Part shown: positions 47,975 to 58,019 of the stretch, piece by piece
Numbering within the stretch: position 1 is the first letter of the stretch
Layout of the letters: every line of letters begins with the position of its first letter
Translations under genes and position numbers: made by a program
Notes under the pieces: model-generated
Told to the model about the DNA's origin: nothing
What the model saw: only the letters and a program-made list of their open reading frames with translations
The model's database searches: none
Origin: Candidatus Liptonbacteria bacterium
Lineage (GTDB): Bacteria > Patescibacteriota > Minisyncoccia > UBA6257 > 2-01-FULL-56-20
DNA length: 64,000 bases
Assembly: GCA_023244895.1 (NCBI GenBank)
Contig: JAHFLL010000001.1
Span: 83,630-147,629 of the forward strand
Direction: 5' to 3'

Positions 47975-48138
47975 ACTTAATTAAATGGGGTGGAATTTTA
48001 CACTTTGGCCTGCACCATTATCCCATCTTAAACCTGTGGAAATCTTCATGCCGAGAGGGTATGTCGCAGAAGCGAAGGCGACGAGACCTAGGTGATTTTA
48101 TAGCAATAAAACACACCGACCCTTTCGGTATGAAGATT
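47975..48138 (+). ncRNA. Candidate structured ncRNA (hairpin plus three-way junction)
   Basis: TTGATT-17-TAGAAT promoter; 20-bp stem 48041-48060/48119-48138 with G-U pairs; two inner hairpins. Confidence 0.5.
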
Positions 48139-48146
48139 GGAACTAG

Positions 48147-48217
48147 TCGGGCTGCCGGGAATCGAACCCGGGCCTTACGCACCCCATGCGCAAATACTAC
48201 CATTATACGACAGCCCG
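48147..48217 (-). tRNA. tRNA-Pro(GGG)
   Basis: cgggctg/cagcccg acceptor stem, loop ATGGGGT, GGTTCGATTCC T-arm; CCA not encoded. Confidence 0.92.
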
Positions 48218-48300
48218 TCTTCGCTAAAGCTACGACGGGCCCGGGCCCGCTTTCGCTTAAGACGCATATTAGAATAAGGCTAAAAGGGTGTTTTGTAAAC

Positions 48301-48328
48301 CAAAACCCCCGCCTAGGCGGGGGTTTTG
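48301..48328. terminator. Terminator after rpmB
   Basis: caaaacccccgcc / ggcgggggttttg. Confidence 0.8.
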
Positions 48329-48338
48329 GTGAAGTTGC

Positions 48339-48575
48339 TTATTTGCTTTTCTTAACTGGTTTTCCGGCTTTCGGCTTAGAAACTCTAGGCTTGCGGGCGG
48401 GCTTGCTAATGGTTTTTATGCATTGCACGCAGACCAGCTTACGGGAGCCGTTTATATCGGTATATTGCAGATTAGGATACTTGCGGGAGGTGCCGGTAGG
48501 ATTATAGTGACCCCTAAGGAGCCTGCGGGAACCACGTATTACCGATCCTTTGCCACACTTGAAGCACTGGCGCAT
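48339..48575 (-). CDS. rpmB: 50S ribosomal protein L28
   Basis: MRQCFKCGKG..RKYPNLQ..VCVQCIKT. Confidence 0.85.
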   Translation of the reverse strand: MRQCFKCGKGSVIRGSRRLLRGHYNPTGTSRKYPNLQYTDINGSRKLVCVQCIKTISKPARKPRVSKPKAGKPVKKSK

Positions 48576-48673
48576 AATTTTATTTATAATAGTTAGTCTT
48601 TCGGAACGGGTGATACTTTATCATAAAATTCTAAACCCCGCAATGGCGGGGCTTAGGATGAGGGCAGGTCAAT

Positions 48674-49189
48674 TTACTCAAATTTTATCTTCAGTTTCCG
48701 GGACTTTTGGCGGACAAGCTTGGGTAAACGTATGGTTAGCACCCCATTCTTAAAGGAAACAGAAGCGCTTTCCGGATCTATCTCTTGGGGCAAAATAATT
48801 GAGCGGGAAAAGCGCCCCCAGTAGCACTCCTGGTAGAAATAGTCTTCGTCTCTGATACGATGCTCTTTGTGTCGGGAGCCTCGGATGGTAACCGAGTCGG
48901 AAGTGACATCTATGTCTATGTCTTCCGGTTTCACGCCGGCTATGGCGGATTCCACCACCAGATCTTCTGGAGTCTGGTACACGTCTATGGTGAGCTGCCC
49001 TTCCGGCTCACTGGCCACAGGTTCTTCAACTTCCGTCTTCTTTGCGGCTCTCTCGCGAGTTATAGTTGGAGAGCTGGCCTTGGCGAGCTCTACTTCCGGA
49101 GCGTTGTCTTCCGGTGCTTCTTCTATCTCCACTTCCACCTTGCGTCCGCGCGCCAGATTTTCAAAAAATTTTTCTTCGTTTGGGTCCAT
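48674..49189 (-). CDS. Hsp20/alpha-crystallin small heat shock protein
   Basis: IDVYQT, AGVKPEDI, EC.WG.FSRSI.LP, NGVLTIRLPK. Confidence 0.93.
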   Translation of the reverse strand: MDPNEEKFFENLARGRKVEVEIEEAPEDNAPEVELAKASSPTITRERAAKKTEVEEPVASEPEGQLTIDVYQTPEDLVVESAIAGVKPEDIDIDVTSDSVTIRGSRHKEHRIRDEDYFYQECYWGRFSRSIILPQEIDPESASVSFKNGVLTIRLPKLVRQKSRKLKIKFE

Positions 49190-49209
49190 GTTTTTCTATT
49201 TAAATTTAT

Positions 49210-49914
49210 TTAGATGGCCTTTTGCTTAAGTCTTTCAAAATCATTCAAAGTTAAAAATCCAGCCAGAATTACGAAAGCTAAAGAGTAAAATACGTTCTCG
49301 TGCCTGATTATAAGATAGTTGAACCCGGCATGCAATAAGGTGGCGGCGAGTATCCCGAAGAGTAGGGGGGTAAGCATCTTAAAGCGGCGGATACTCATGG
49401 CCCAATAATAGCCCAAAAGACCGGAGCTCAAGGTGTGGAGCAGGGTGGCTCCAATAAAGCGCAAGGCCAGGGTTTCTATCAGTATCTGAAGCGCAGGCGA
49501 ACTGCCTTGGCCCGGGAAGGCTACCCCGAAGTTTTCCACGGTGGCGAAACCCAGAGCGGCTATAACCAGGTAGACCATGGCGTCAATCGGTTGGTTGAAT
49601 TCTTTACTCCGACGCAGAACCAAATATGCCGCTCCAAATTTACATAATTCTTCTATAGCCGAGAAAAGCGTAAGCGACAAAATGAAACTAAAAGACAAGC
49701 TATCGCTCCCGCCTAGCCGGATAGGGCTACCGGTTATGCCGGACTGATTAAGATAGTATTGCGCGAAGAGAGCTACGAAAGCAGAGGCGGCTCCGGCGAT
49801 GAAAGTTAGCGCCACCAAGGTTTTTGGTTCCTGGTGAGAGTCCTCGGAGAGGTAAAAAATAAGCCAGATAAATCCGGGTAAGAGCGCTAAAACCAGGGGA
49901 ATAACCAGGGTCAT
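49210..49914 (-). CDS. PrsW-family intramembrane protease
   Basis: EP, IEELCK, LGFATVEN, LLH..N motifs. Confidence 0.88.
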   Translation of the reverse strand: MTLVIPLVLALLPGFIWLIFYLSEDSHQEPKTLVALTFIAGAASAFVALFAQYYLNQSGITGSPIRLGGSDSLSFSFILSLTLFSAIEELCKFGAAYLVLRRSKEFNQPIDAMVYLVIAALGFATVENFGVAFPGQGSSPALQILIETLALRFIGATLLHTLSSGLLGYYWAMSIRRFKMLTPLLFGILAATLLHAGFNYLIIRHENVFYSLAFVILAGFLTLNDFERLKQKAI

Positions 49915-49961
49915 TTACTATATTTTAGCACAAAATAGCGGGTATAACCTGAGGACGGGGA

Positions 49962-52517
49962 CTACCACTTTTTTATCATCAGCATTTCCGAATATTTAGC
50001 TGATCCCGGTAACTGTTGGTAGATGTGTTCGGTAACGAAAGGCATAAAGGGATGGAGCATCATTAAACTTTCCTCCAAAATTCCCAAGAGCATCAGATAG
50101 GCTGACTCCTGCTCTGTCCGCTTCTCGCTCATGAGTTTCGGTTTGGCGGATTCAATAATCTTGTCCGCGAAAGTGTGCCAGATGTAGTGATAGGCCTCTT
50201 CCGCTCCCAAGTGGAACTGGAAATTATCTATTTTTTTGCCGATACTCAACCGAACTTTGTGCGCCTGCTCAACTGCTTTCTTGTCGTGCGCGTTCATTTT
50301 GGGCGCAGTTACTCCGGCACCCTCAATTTTCTCTTTCTGCATCATCACGAAGCGGGCGATATTCCAAAGCTTAGTCGCAAAATTGCGATAGCCCCGGATT
50401 TTGTCTTCCGAGATGACAATGTCGTTGCCGGCGGTGTTGCCGACCGTAATTGCCATGCGCACTGCATCCGTGCCGTATTCTTCCGCCACGCCCAGCGGGT
50501 CCACCACGTTGCCTTTGGATTTAGACATCTTCTGCCTGTCCTTGTCGCGCACCATGCCGTGCAGATAAACGTTTTTAAAGGGAACCTTGCCGGTCCGGTA
50601 GAGTCCCAGCATTATCATGCGCGTAACCCAGAAGAAGAGAATATCGTAGCCCGTCTCCATTACGTCCGTGGGGTAGAAATTCTCAAAATCCTTACTGGTC
50701 CCCAGTTCTTGTTTGTTGTTTCGGGTTCCATGTTTTATGTTCTTGCCTTGCGCCAGCAAGGTGAGGTATGGCCACTGGCCGGAAGAAAACCAGGTATCAA
50801 ATACGTCTGGATCCTGAACCAGATTATTACCGTTGCAGTTAGGGCATTTGGCCACAGCCTTATTCCCGACATAAATATAGTTGCAGCCTCCAGAAGGATT
50901 CTCTTTAGAGAAGGGGATAAACTGAAAATCATATATCAATGTTTCCGTGTCTCCGGTTATGACTCGGTCGGGCGGGTAGTGGCGTCGGAAGGCTGTGAGC
51001 AGCTCGTCTAGTGTCTTATATCCTCCGCCGTGAATCGGGTCGGGTAAGACTATATCTTTTATCTTTTTCTTCGCTACCGCCGTTATTTTTGCGTGGCCAA
51101 AAAAAGTCTTGGCCTGGCTATCCTCGCAAGCGATAACATCTCCGACTTTAAGGTGGTGGTCGTTTAAGCGGTAGGTCCGGGCCTTGCCCTTCAGAACCTG
51201 GGGAACGATTTTGTAGTAGAAACCCATCCGTTTAACCTCGTTCTTGGGATTGCAGAACCAGGCCGGGATGCGGATGCCCCAGATTATCTGGCGGGAGATG
51301 TTCCAATCGTGGATATTGCGCAGCCAGTGTAAACAGACCTTCTTAGAATTGTCGGGGTAGAACTTTATCTTTTTGGCTTCTACTGCTTTGATGGCCTCCT
51401 TCGCCAATGGCTCCATCTTTACGAACCATTGCGGCTTAGGCATCGGCTCCAGGGTGGAATTACATCTATAGCAGGTCGCGACTTGGTGCTTATATTCCGC
51501 ATCCACCTTCTCTAGAATTCCGATTTCCTGCATCTTTTCCGCCACCTTGATGCGCGCCTCCGCCACCTTCAGTCCTTTGAACTCGCCGACCTCGCCAGTG
51601 AGCCGGCCGCTCTCATCGATGATTATTTTAGGTCCGGGAATTTCTTTTTCGTGCCGCTTCCAGATCTCAAAGTCGGTCGTGTCGTGCGCAGGCGTAACTT
51701 TAACCACGCCCGTGCCGAACTTGGGATCGATTGCGGCGTCGCCCACAACTCTGAATTTAAGTTTGCCCAAAATGCCCTCCGCTTCTATTTCCTGTCCGAT
51801 ATATTTTTTATAGCGCTTGTCTTTGGGGTTGACCGCGAGTGCGGTGTCGCCGAATTTAGTCTCCGGGCGCACAGTCGCGAGCGTTAAAGGTCCGTACTTG
51901 ATGTAATAAAGCGGGTCAACGCGCTCAATATATTTTACTTCCAGGTCGGATAGCGCGGTGCGATGTTTCGGGCACCAATTTACCACCCGGTAGTCGCGAT
52001 AGACGAGACCGTCCTTATACATTTTCTCAAATGTGCTATAGACGCCCTCTATTATCCTCGGGTCAAGTGTGAAAATCTCCCGTGACCAATCGCAAGAAGC
52101 GCCCAGCTTACGGAGCTGCCCCTCCATTACTTTTTTGTTCGTTTGAGTAAAGTCCCAGATTTCTTGCCAAAGAGCTTCGCGTTCCATCGCAAAGCGATTG
52201 CGCCCCTCCTTGTCCAATTTTTTATCAAACACAGTCTGAGTTTCAAATCCGGCGTGATCCGCTCCCGGCAGCCAGAGCGCCTGCTTGCCCTTCATCCGCC
52301 AATACCTGGTCATAATGTCTTGCAGCGTCGCGAAAACGGCGTGGCCCATATGGAGCGAGCCGTTCGCATTCGGGGGCGGCATTACAATCGAAAAAGGCTT
52401 AGCCTTTGCCTTGGAGCGGGGGAGTTTATCCGGGTTAAAATAGCCGGATTCTTCCCATTTCCGGTAAATATCCTCCTCTATTTCCTTGTGCTCATAACGA
52501 GGTCCCAGTTCAGGCAT
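49962..52517 (-). CDS. valS: Valine--tRNA ligase with ASCH-like insertion
   Basis: PPPNANGSLHMGH, DWNISRQ, DTWFSS, KMSKS; no C-terminal coiled-coil arm. Confidence 0.96.
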   Translation of the reverse strand: MPELGPRYEHKEIEEDIYRKWEESGYFNPDKLPRSKAKAKPFSIVMPPPNANGSLHMGHAVFATLQDIMTRYWRMKGKQALWLPGADHAGFETQTVFDKKLDKEGRNRFAMEREALWQEIWDFTQTNKKVMEGQLRKLGASCDWSREIFTLDPRIIEGVYSTFEKMYKDGLVYRDYRVVNWCPKHRTALSDLEVKYIERVDPLYYIKYGPLTLATVRPETKFGDTALAVNPKDKRYKKYIGQEIEAEGILGKLKFRVVGDAAIDPKFGTGVVKVTPAHDTTDFEIWKRHEKEIPGPKIIIDESGRLTGEVGEFKGLKVAEARIKVAEKMQEIGILEKVDAEYKHQVATCYRCNSTLEPMPKPQWFVKMEPLAKEAIKAVEAKKIKFYPDNSKKVCLHWLRNIHDWNISRQIIWGIRIPAWFCNPKNEVKRMGFYYKIVPQVLKGKARTYRLNDHHLKVGDVIACEDSQAKTFFGHAKITAVAKKKIKDIVLPDPIHGGGYKTLDELLTAFRRHYPPDRVITGDTETLIYDFQFIPFSKENPSGGCNYIYVGNKAVAKCPNCNGNNLVQDPDVFDTWFSSGQWPYLTLLAQGKNIKHGTRNNKQELGTSKDFENFYPTDVMETGYDILFFWVTRMIMLGLYRTGKVPFKNVYLHGMVRDKDRQKMSKSKGNVVDPLGVAEEYGTDAVRMAITVGNTAGNDIVISEDKIRGYRNFATKLWNIARFVMMQKEKIEGAGVTAPKMNAHDKKAVEQAHKVRLSIGKKIDNFQFHLGAEEAYHYIWHTFADKIIESAKPKLMSEKRTEQESAYLMLLGILEESLMMLHPFMPFVTEHIYQQLPGSAKYSEMLMIKKW

Positions 52518-52622
52518 ATTCGTGTTTATGGGCTTGATTATAGGCAATTCCGGGCATTTTTGCTAGGAAAACAGTGGATTCTTAAAGCGTTCCGCCCGAG
52601 CTTACATTAAGCGCGGGCGGGG

Positions 52623-53051
52623 CTACTTGAATACGATGGTCTGCGCCGAAGGCGGCTCGGGGAACGATTCTCGAACAATCCGGCATTGGTCTGCGCAGTA
52701 GTCACAGGCCGTGACGTGCGCGTGAATCAGGCCTCTTTGGATCCTGCCGTTTTGTTTTGTTTCCAACTGACCCAGGGCGTAAGCCGCCAGAACCTCTACG
52801 GGCGGGCAATCTCGGCTCATGCGCTCTATGGTTTTCTTGTCTTCGTCGGTCATGTCGAACAAATAGGCGCCCCCATATTTGCTGAGATAGCGTCCCTTGC
52901 TGACGAAAACAAGGAAACTCGAGGGAGCGTGGAATAGGTAGTAGAGCAGGACGATCCATCCGCTCCCGGAGTATCCGGAGCGGTGCAGGTCGGCCAAGCT
53001 TTGCGCCAAAGTAAGTGCTACCCAGAATATCGCTCTCCTGACTTTCGGCAT
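52623..53051 (-). CDS. Orphan protein with C-terminal zf-HC2 (anti-sigma ZAS-like) domain
   Basis: AAAGGAGGT SD; CP....LAAYALGQL...HVTACDYC (HxxxCxxC). Confidence 0.7.
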   Translation of the reverse strand: MPKVRRAIFWVALTLAQSLADLHRSGYSGSGWIVLLYYLFHAPSSFLVFVSKGRYLSKYGGAYLFDMTDEDKKTIERMSRDCPPVEVLAAYALGQLETKQNGRIQRGLIHAHVTACDYCADQCRIVRESFPEPPSAQTIVFK

Positions 53052-53127
53052 GGCCAACCTCCTTTCGGTGTAGATAAGGGGCCAGTGTTTCTGCTTAGAT
53101 TATGGGTAATTTATAGAATCAGTCAAA

Positions 53128-54174
53128 CTAGATATTAAGCATCCCGTCCGCCTTCATTTTATATTTTTTCTTGCGCAGAATATTCAGATAACCCGCGGCC
53201 GCAATCATGACCGCGTTGTCGGTATTGTATTTGTGCTCCGCCACGAAAAATTCCAGACCATTTTCGTTTGCCCTTTGGGATAATCTCTCCCGCAACATCT
53301 TATTGGCCGCCACTCCGCCGGAAAGAAGAATGGACTGGGCGTTAAAATCGCTGGCGGCGCGCATCGTCTTTTTAGTAAGCACGTCTATTGCGGCACCGGA
53401 GAACGAACCGGCCACCTCTTGTTTAGAATACTTCTTATGATCCCGAACGTAATAAAGCACGGAAGTTTTAAGCCCGGAGAAGCTGAAATCATAATCCTTT
53501 GTGCCTATCATCGGGCGCGGGAAGTTTATTTTATCCTTCCAGCTCTTAGGGAGTTTTTCCACCAGCTTTTGTATCTCCGGTCCGCCGGGATAGGGGAGTT
53601 TTAATACGCGTGCCACCTTGTCAAATGCCTCGCCCACCGCATCATCCCTGGTTTCGCCTAAGCGTTTCCAGGATTTAAGATTTTTTAGGAGGAGCAGGAC
53701 GGTATGTCCGCCGCTCACGATCAGCGCAACCGCGGGGAATATTTTTGATATCTGATTTTTGACATTTGAATTTACAGTTTTATTCGGGAGAAGAAAACTG
53801 TAGAGATGTCCCTCCAGATGATTTGCACCGATGACGGGCTTTTTATATTTCTTACCTAATTCTTCCGCGAAGGTGATGCCCGCCCAGAGTGCCGGTTCTA
53901 GGCCCGGGCCGACTGTCACGGCTATAGCATCTATAGAATCTAGAAGCTGGAAGTTAGAAGATAGTAGTTTCTTAAGTAGGATGGGAAGGTTTTTGATATG
54001 TTCTCTTTTGGCTAAATTTGGGACCACGCCTCCAAAAGGACGGTGAATAGCTATCTGAGACGAGACCACTTCGCGTAATACCTCAAACTTAGGCCCGGTT
54101 TTAAGGTTGCCAGAAGCTTGTACTAGCGCCAGAGCCGTTTCGTCGCAGGATGTTTCTATTCCTAAGATAAGCAT
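53128..54174 (-). CDS. tsaD: tRNA t6A threonylcarbamoyltransferase
   Basis: ILGIETSCDET, NHLEGH, VSGGHT, GEAFDK, FSFSGLKT, TDNAVMI. Confidence 0.96.
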   Translation of the reverse strand: MLILGIETSCDETALALVQASGNLKTGPKFEVLREVVSSQIAIHRPFGGVVPNLAKREHIKNLPILLKKLLSSNFQLLDSIDAIAVTVGPGLEPALWAGITFAEELGKKYKKPVIGANHLEGHLYSFLLPNKTVNSNVKNQISKIFPAVALIVSGGHTVLLLLKNLKSWKRLGETRDDAVGEAFDKVARVLKLPYPGGPEIQKLVEKLPKSWKDKINFPRPMIGTKDYDFSFSGLKTSVLYYVRDHKKYSKQEVAGSFSGAAIDVLTKKTMRAASDFNAQSILLSGGVAANKMLRERLSQRANENGLEFFVAEHKYNTDNAVMIAAAGYLNILRKKKYKMKADGMLNI

Positions 54175-54285
54175 AACGCTATGAAATTTAACCGAATCCA
54201 ACTATTAAATCAATAATTGCAAAGTTAAAAATCTTTTGATATTATATAGCCCGCACAACATAAACCAATCACCACTCACAATAAT

Positions 54286-55101
54286 ATGCATCCAGGAGAA
54301 CACGGCGTGGAGAACAAAGACAGCAAACGCAGGATGACCCAGGAAGAGGCAGAACTTTTCGCGCGGGACGCGCGATACACGACTCCGGAATCGTTCCGTT
54401 ACAGCTGTTGCGTGGATGGACGGGAAGAAGGCGCAGATGCTTCGCGGGCAGTGCCTGGCGCAGACGCGGGCTACTTCATGTCTGCTCTTGCCGCTCTCCG
54501 GGAATCCGGAGTAGAGGTCACCCCTGAGGTGCGTCGCGCGGTTTTCGGTGCAGTGATTGACTCGGTCGGCGGCCCAAAGAACATCCGTTTCCACACCGAC
54601 CTTCACGCCTTGGAAAAGGCGAAGGAAAAGGGAGTTGTTGCGGGAGTGGCTGCTGGCTGTGGTCATCTCAATTTGGCTCGGCAGAACCCCGGAGTTTACG
54701 GCGTCACCGCGGAAGATATGTCCGCGATCGACGAGGAGCTCCTAAGGCTGCTCGGCGAGGACGCTGATCAGAAGACCCTCCCCGGCAATCACGGCGAGGA
54801 AGCAGTGATGGTGGTGGACGATGTTTCTGTCGGGTTACGCCACCAGGCCGCCGGCAGTCAGGCCTTCGTGTACCACAAGGGTTCGAGCGATGCCTTTTTA
54901 GACCAGCTGGCGGGAGCGGTCTTGGCGAAGCTACCGAACCATCAGCCCGGTCTCACCGAAGAAGCTCTGCGCGTTAAACTGGGAGCATCTTTCGATAGGC
55001 AGCTTACCGCCACGGTGAATAGCCTGGCGCCCGGCCTGCCTCAGTACCGGGTGAGCGGGGAAGAGGTTTCCTACTTGGGCGACGTTCCCAAGAAAGAGTA
55101 G
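54286..55101 (+). CDS. Cadmium-type (zeta/CDCA-like) carbonic anhydrase homolog
   Basis: CVDGR, PGADAG, HTD, GCGH, GNHGEEAV, QAFVY. Confidence 0.7.
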   Translation: MHPGEHGVENKDSKRRMTQEEAELFARDARYTTPESFRYSCCVDGREEGADASRAVPGADAGYFMSALAALRESGVEVTPEVRRAVFGAVIDSVGGPKNIRFHTDLHALEKAKEKGVVAGVAAGCGHLNLARQNPGVYGVTAEDMSAIDEELLRLLGEDADQKTLPGNHGEEAVMVVDDVSVGLRHQAAGSQAFVYHKGSSDAFLDQLAGAVLAKLPNHQPGLTEEALRVKLGASFDRQLTATVNSLAPGLPQYRVSGEEVSYLGDVPKKE

Positions 55102-55196
55102 TAGGCGGTACCTACTAAGAGTTATGAAAACAAGAACGCCCTGCGGTCAACGCGACCCCGGGGCATTCAAGTTTTTATAGGCTAAATATTATTTTT

Positions 55197-55439
55197 TTAC
55201 TCCTCCACTATCATACGCACCTGGCTGTCTTTATTCACTTCTAAAAACCCGGACTTAACGGGCAGGAAGTGTTCCTGCTTTTTCCCGTCTAAAATTCTAA
55301 GCACGCCCTCCTTCAACATAGATAGGAGTGGGCGATGATGTTCTAAAATAGTAATCTCACCCGAGACGGTCTGGCAGTTTATAGAGCTTGCCTCGCCTTG
55401 GTAGAGAATCTTTTTAAGGGAATAAACAGACAATTTCAT
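55197..55439 (-). CDS. atpC: ATP synthase epsilon subunit (beta-sandwich only)
   Basis: GEITILEHH.P, SGFLEV; follows atpD; 80 aa. Confidence 0.88.
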   Translation of the reverse strand: MKLSVYSLKKILYQGEASSINCQTVSGEITILEHHRPLLSMLKEGVLRILDGKKQEHFLPVKSGFLEVNKDSQVRMIVEE

Positions 55440-55510
55440 TGTAATTTCAAATGTTAAATTTCAAATGTCAAAAAACTTTTAATTGTCGTTTGTCATTTGG
55501 ATTTTGAACA

Positions 55511-56923
<1,413 letters not shown>

Positions 56924-56953
56924 TTAATTTTGATTTTTGAATTTTGCGTTATT

Positions 56954-57901
56954 TTAGTTCATCACTTCCGCCCCCGCCACAATTTCTATAATTTCTTTAG
57001 TGATGGAAGCCTGTCTGGACTTGTTGTATATCAAGGTCAGATCGGCGGCCAAACCCTCCGCGTTGTCGGAGGCGTTCTTCATGGCTACTCGGCGGGCGGC
57101 ATGTTCGGAAGCGTTTGCTTCTAATATCATATGATAAATTTCCATCAGAACCAGATGCGCGCCCAGTTCGTTTAGGATAACTTCCGGAGACGGTTCAATT
57201 ATGTATTCTTTGGCCTCTTTCTTGTCCGTATGAATAAGGGTTCCGCCTTCCCGCGCGATTTCCGCGAACTTGCCTGTTTCGGGGACTATGTCCTGCGCGC
57301 TCTTCTTAAGGTTTTCAAAACTGACCGGCAATATTTTTCTTGTTAAAACATCTTGCTTCAAGGCGCTCCTGAACTGGGTAGAGAAGACCATAACCTCATC
57401 CCATTCTTTATTCAAAAATCCCGCCACAACTTTATCCGCGACCGGCTTAATCTGCTCTAGTGTGGTGTAGTCGCCTACGCGCGTAAACTTACCCGCGAGG
57501 TTCTTGGTTCTACGCTCCAGATATTGCCCCGCCTTCTGTCCGATAGCTAAGAAGGCGTAAGCCGGATCCTTGAAAGAGATGCTATTTTTTTTGAGGAAAC
57601 GTTCAAATTCCCTGATAATGGCGCTGTTAAAAGAACCGCACAAACCCTTGTCGGAAGTAACCAGAACCACCAGCTTTTTTTCAATCGGACGTTGTTCCAA
57701 GATGGCGGGCAACACAACTCCGTCCAACTGGGAAAGGGTTGCGAGAAAATCAAGCGCGGCGAAGGCATAGGGACGGGAGGTGAGCGCGAGCTCTTGGCTA
57801 CGCCTCATCTTGGTAGCGGCCACCAGCTCCATCGCTTTGGTTATCTGGTTGATGTTGCCGATACCCTTTATGCGCCGTTTTATGTTTTGTAAGGAATCCA
57901 T
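56954..57901 (-). CDS. atpG: ATP synthase gamma subunit
   Basis: QITKAMELVAA, SDKGLCGSFN, RQASITKEI. Confidence 0.97.
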   Translation of the reverse strand: MDSLQNIKRRIKGIGNINQITKAMELVAATKMRRSQELALTSRPYAFAALDFLATLSQLDGVVLPAILEQRPIEKKLVVLVTSDKGLCGSFNSAIIREFERFLKKNSISFKDPAYAFLAIGQKAGQYLERRTKNLAGKFTRVGDYTTLEQIKPVADKVVAGFLNKEWDEVMVFSTQFRSALKQDVLTRKILPVSFENLKKSAQDIVPETGKFAEIAREGGTLIHTDKKEAKEYIIEPSPEVILNELGAHLVLMEIYHMILEANASEHAARRVAMKNASDNAEGLAADLTLIYNKSRQASITKEIIEIVAGAEVMN

Positions 57902-57913
57902 CTTAGTTATTAT

Positions 57914-58018
57914 CGCGACCCGAATCTACGAACGCATCCGAATGATGCGAATGGGTTGTTGGTTTTTATAGATTATTTATTCGGGTTATTTGAATGTGAT
58001 TTGTAGTATTAGTGTCGC
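57914..58018. repeat. Inverted CGAAT/ATTCG arrays
   Basis: gcgacccgaatctacgaac...attcggg...gtcgc. Confidence 0.6.
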
Positions 58019-58019
58019 C

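Noticed and set aside
46240-48138. SRP RNA, RNase P RNA or tmRNA among the structured elements
   Set aside because: SRP helix-8, RNase P GAGGAAAGUCC and tmRNA tRNA-like end motifs were not found on either strand
48213-48250. Hairpin gcccgtcttcgctaaagctacgacgggc at the tRNA-Pro 5' edge as an attachment site
   Set aside because: No integrase or duplicated tRNA end; more likely a small palindromic repeat
47956-48507. 183-aa ORF
   Set aside because: It overlaps tRNA-Pro, a terminator and rpmB on the other strand, with no protein-like signal
50175-51011. 278-aa plus-strand ORF and similar long shadow ORFs (40561-41223, 56525-57124, 29759-30331)
   Set aside because: Antisense shadows of well-supported genes
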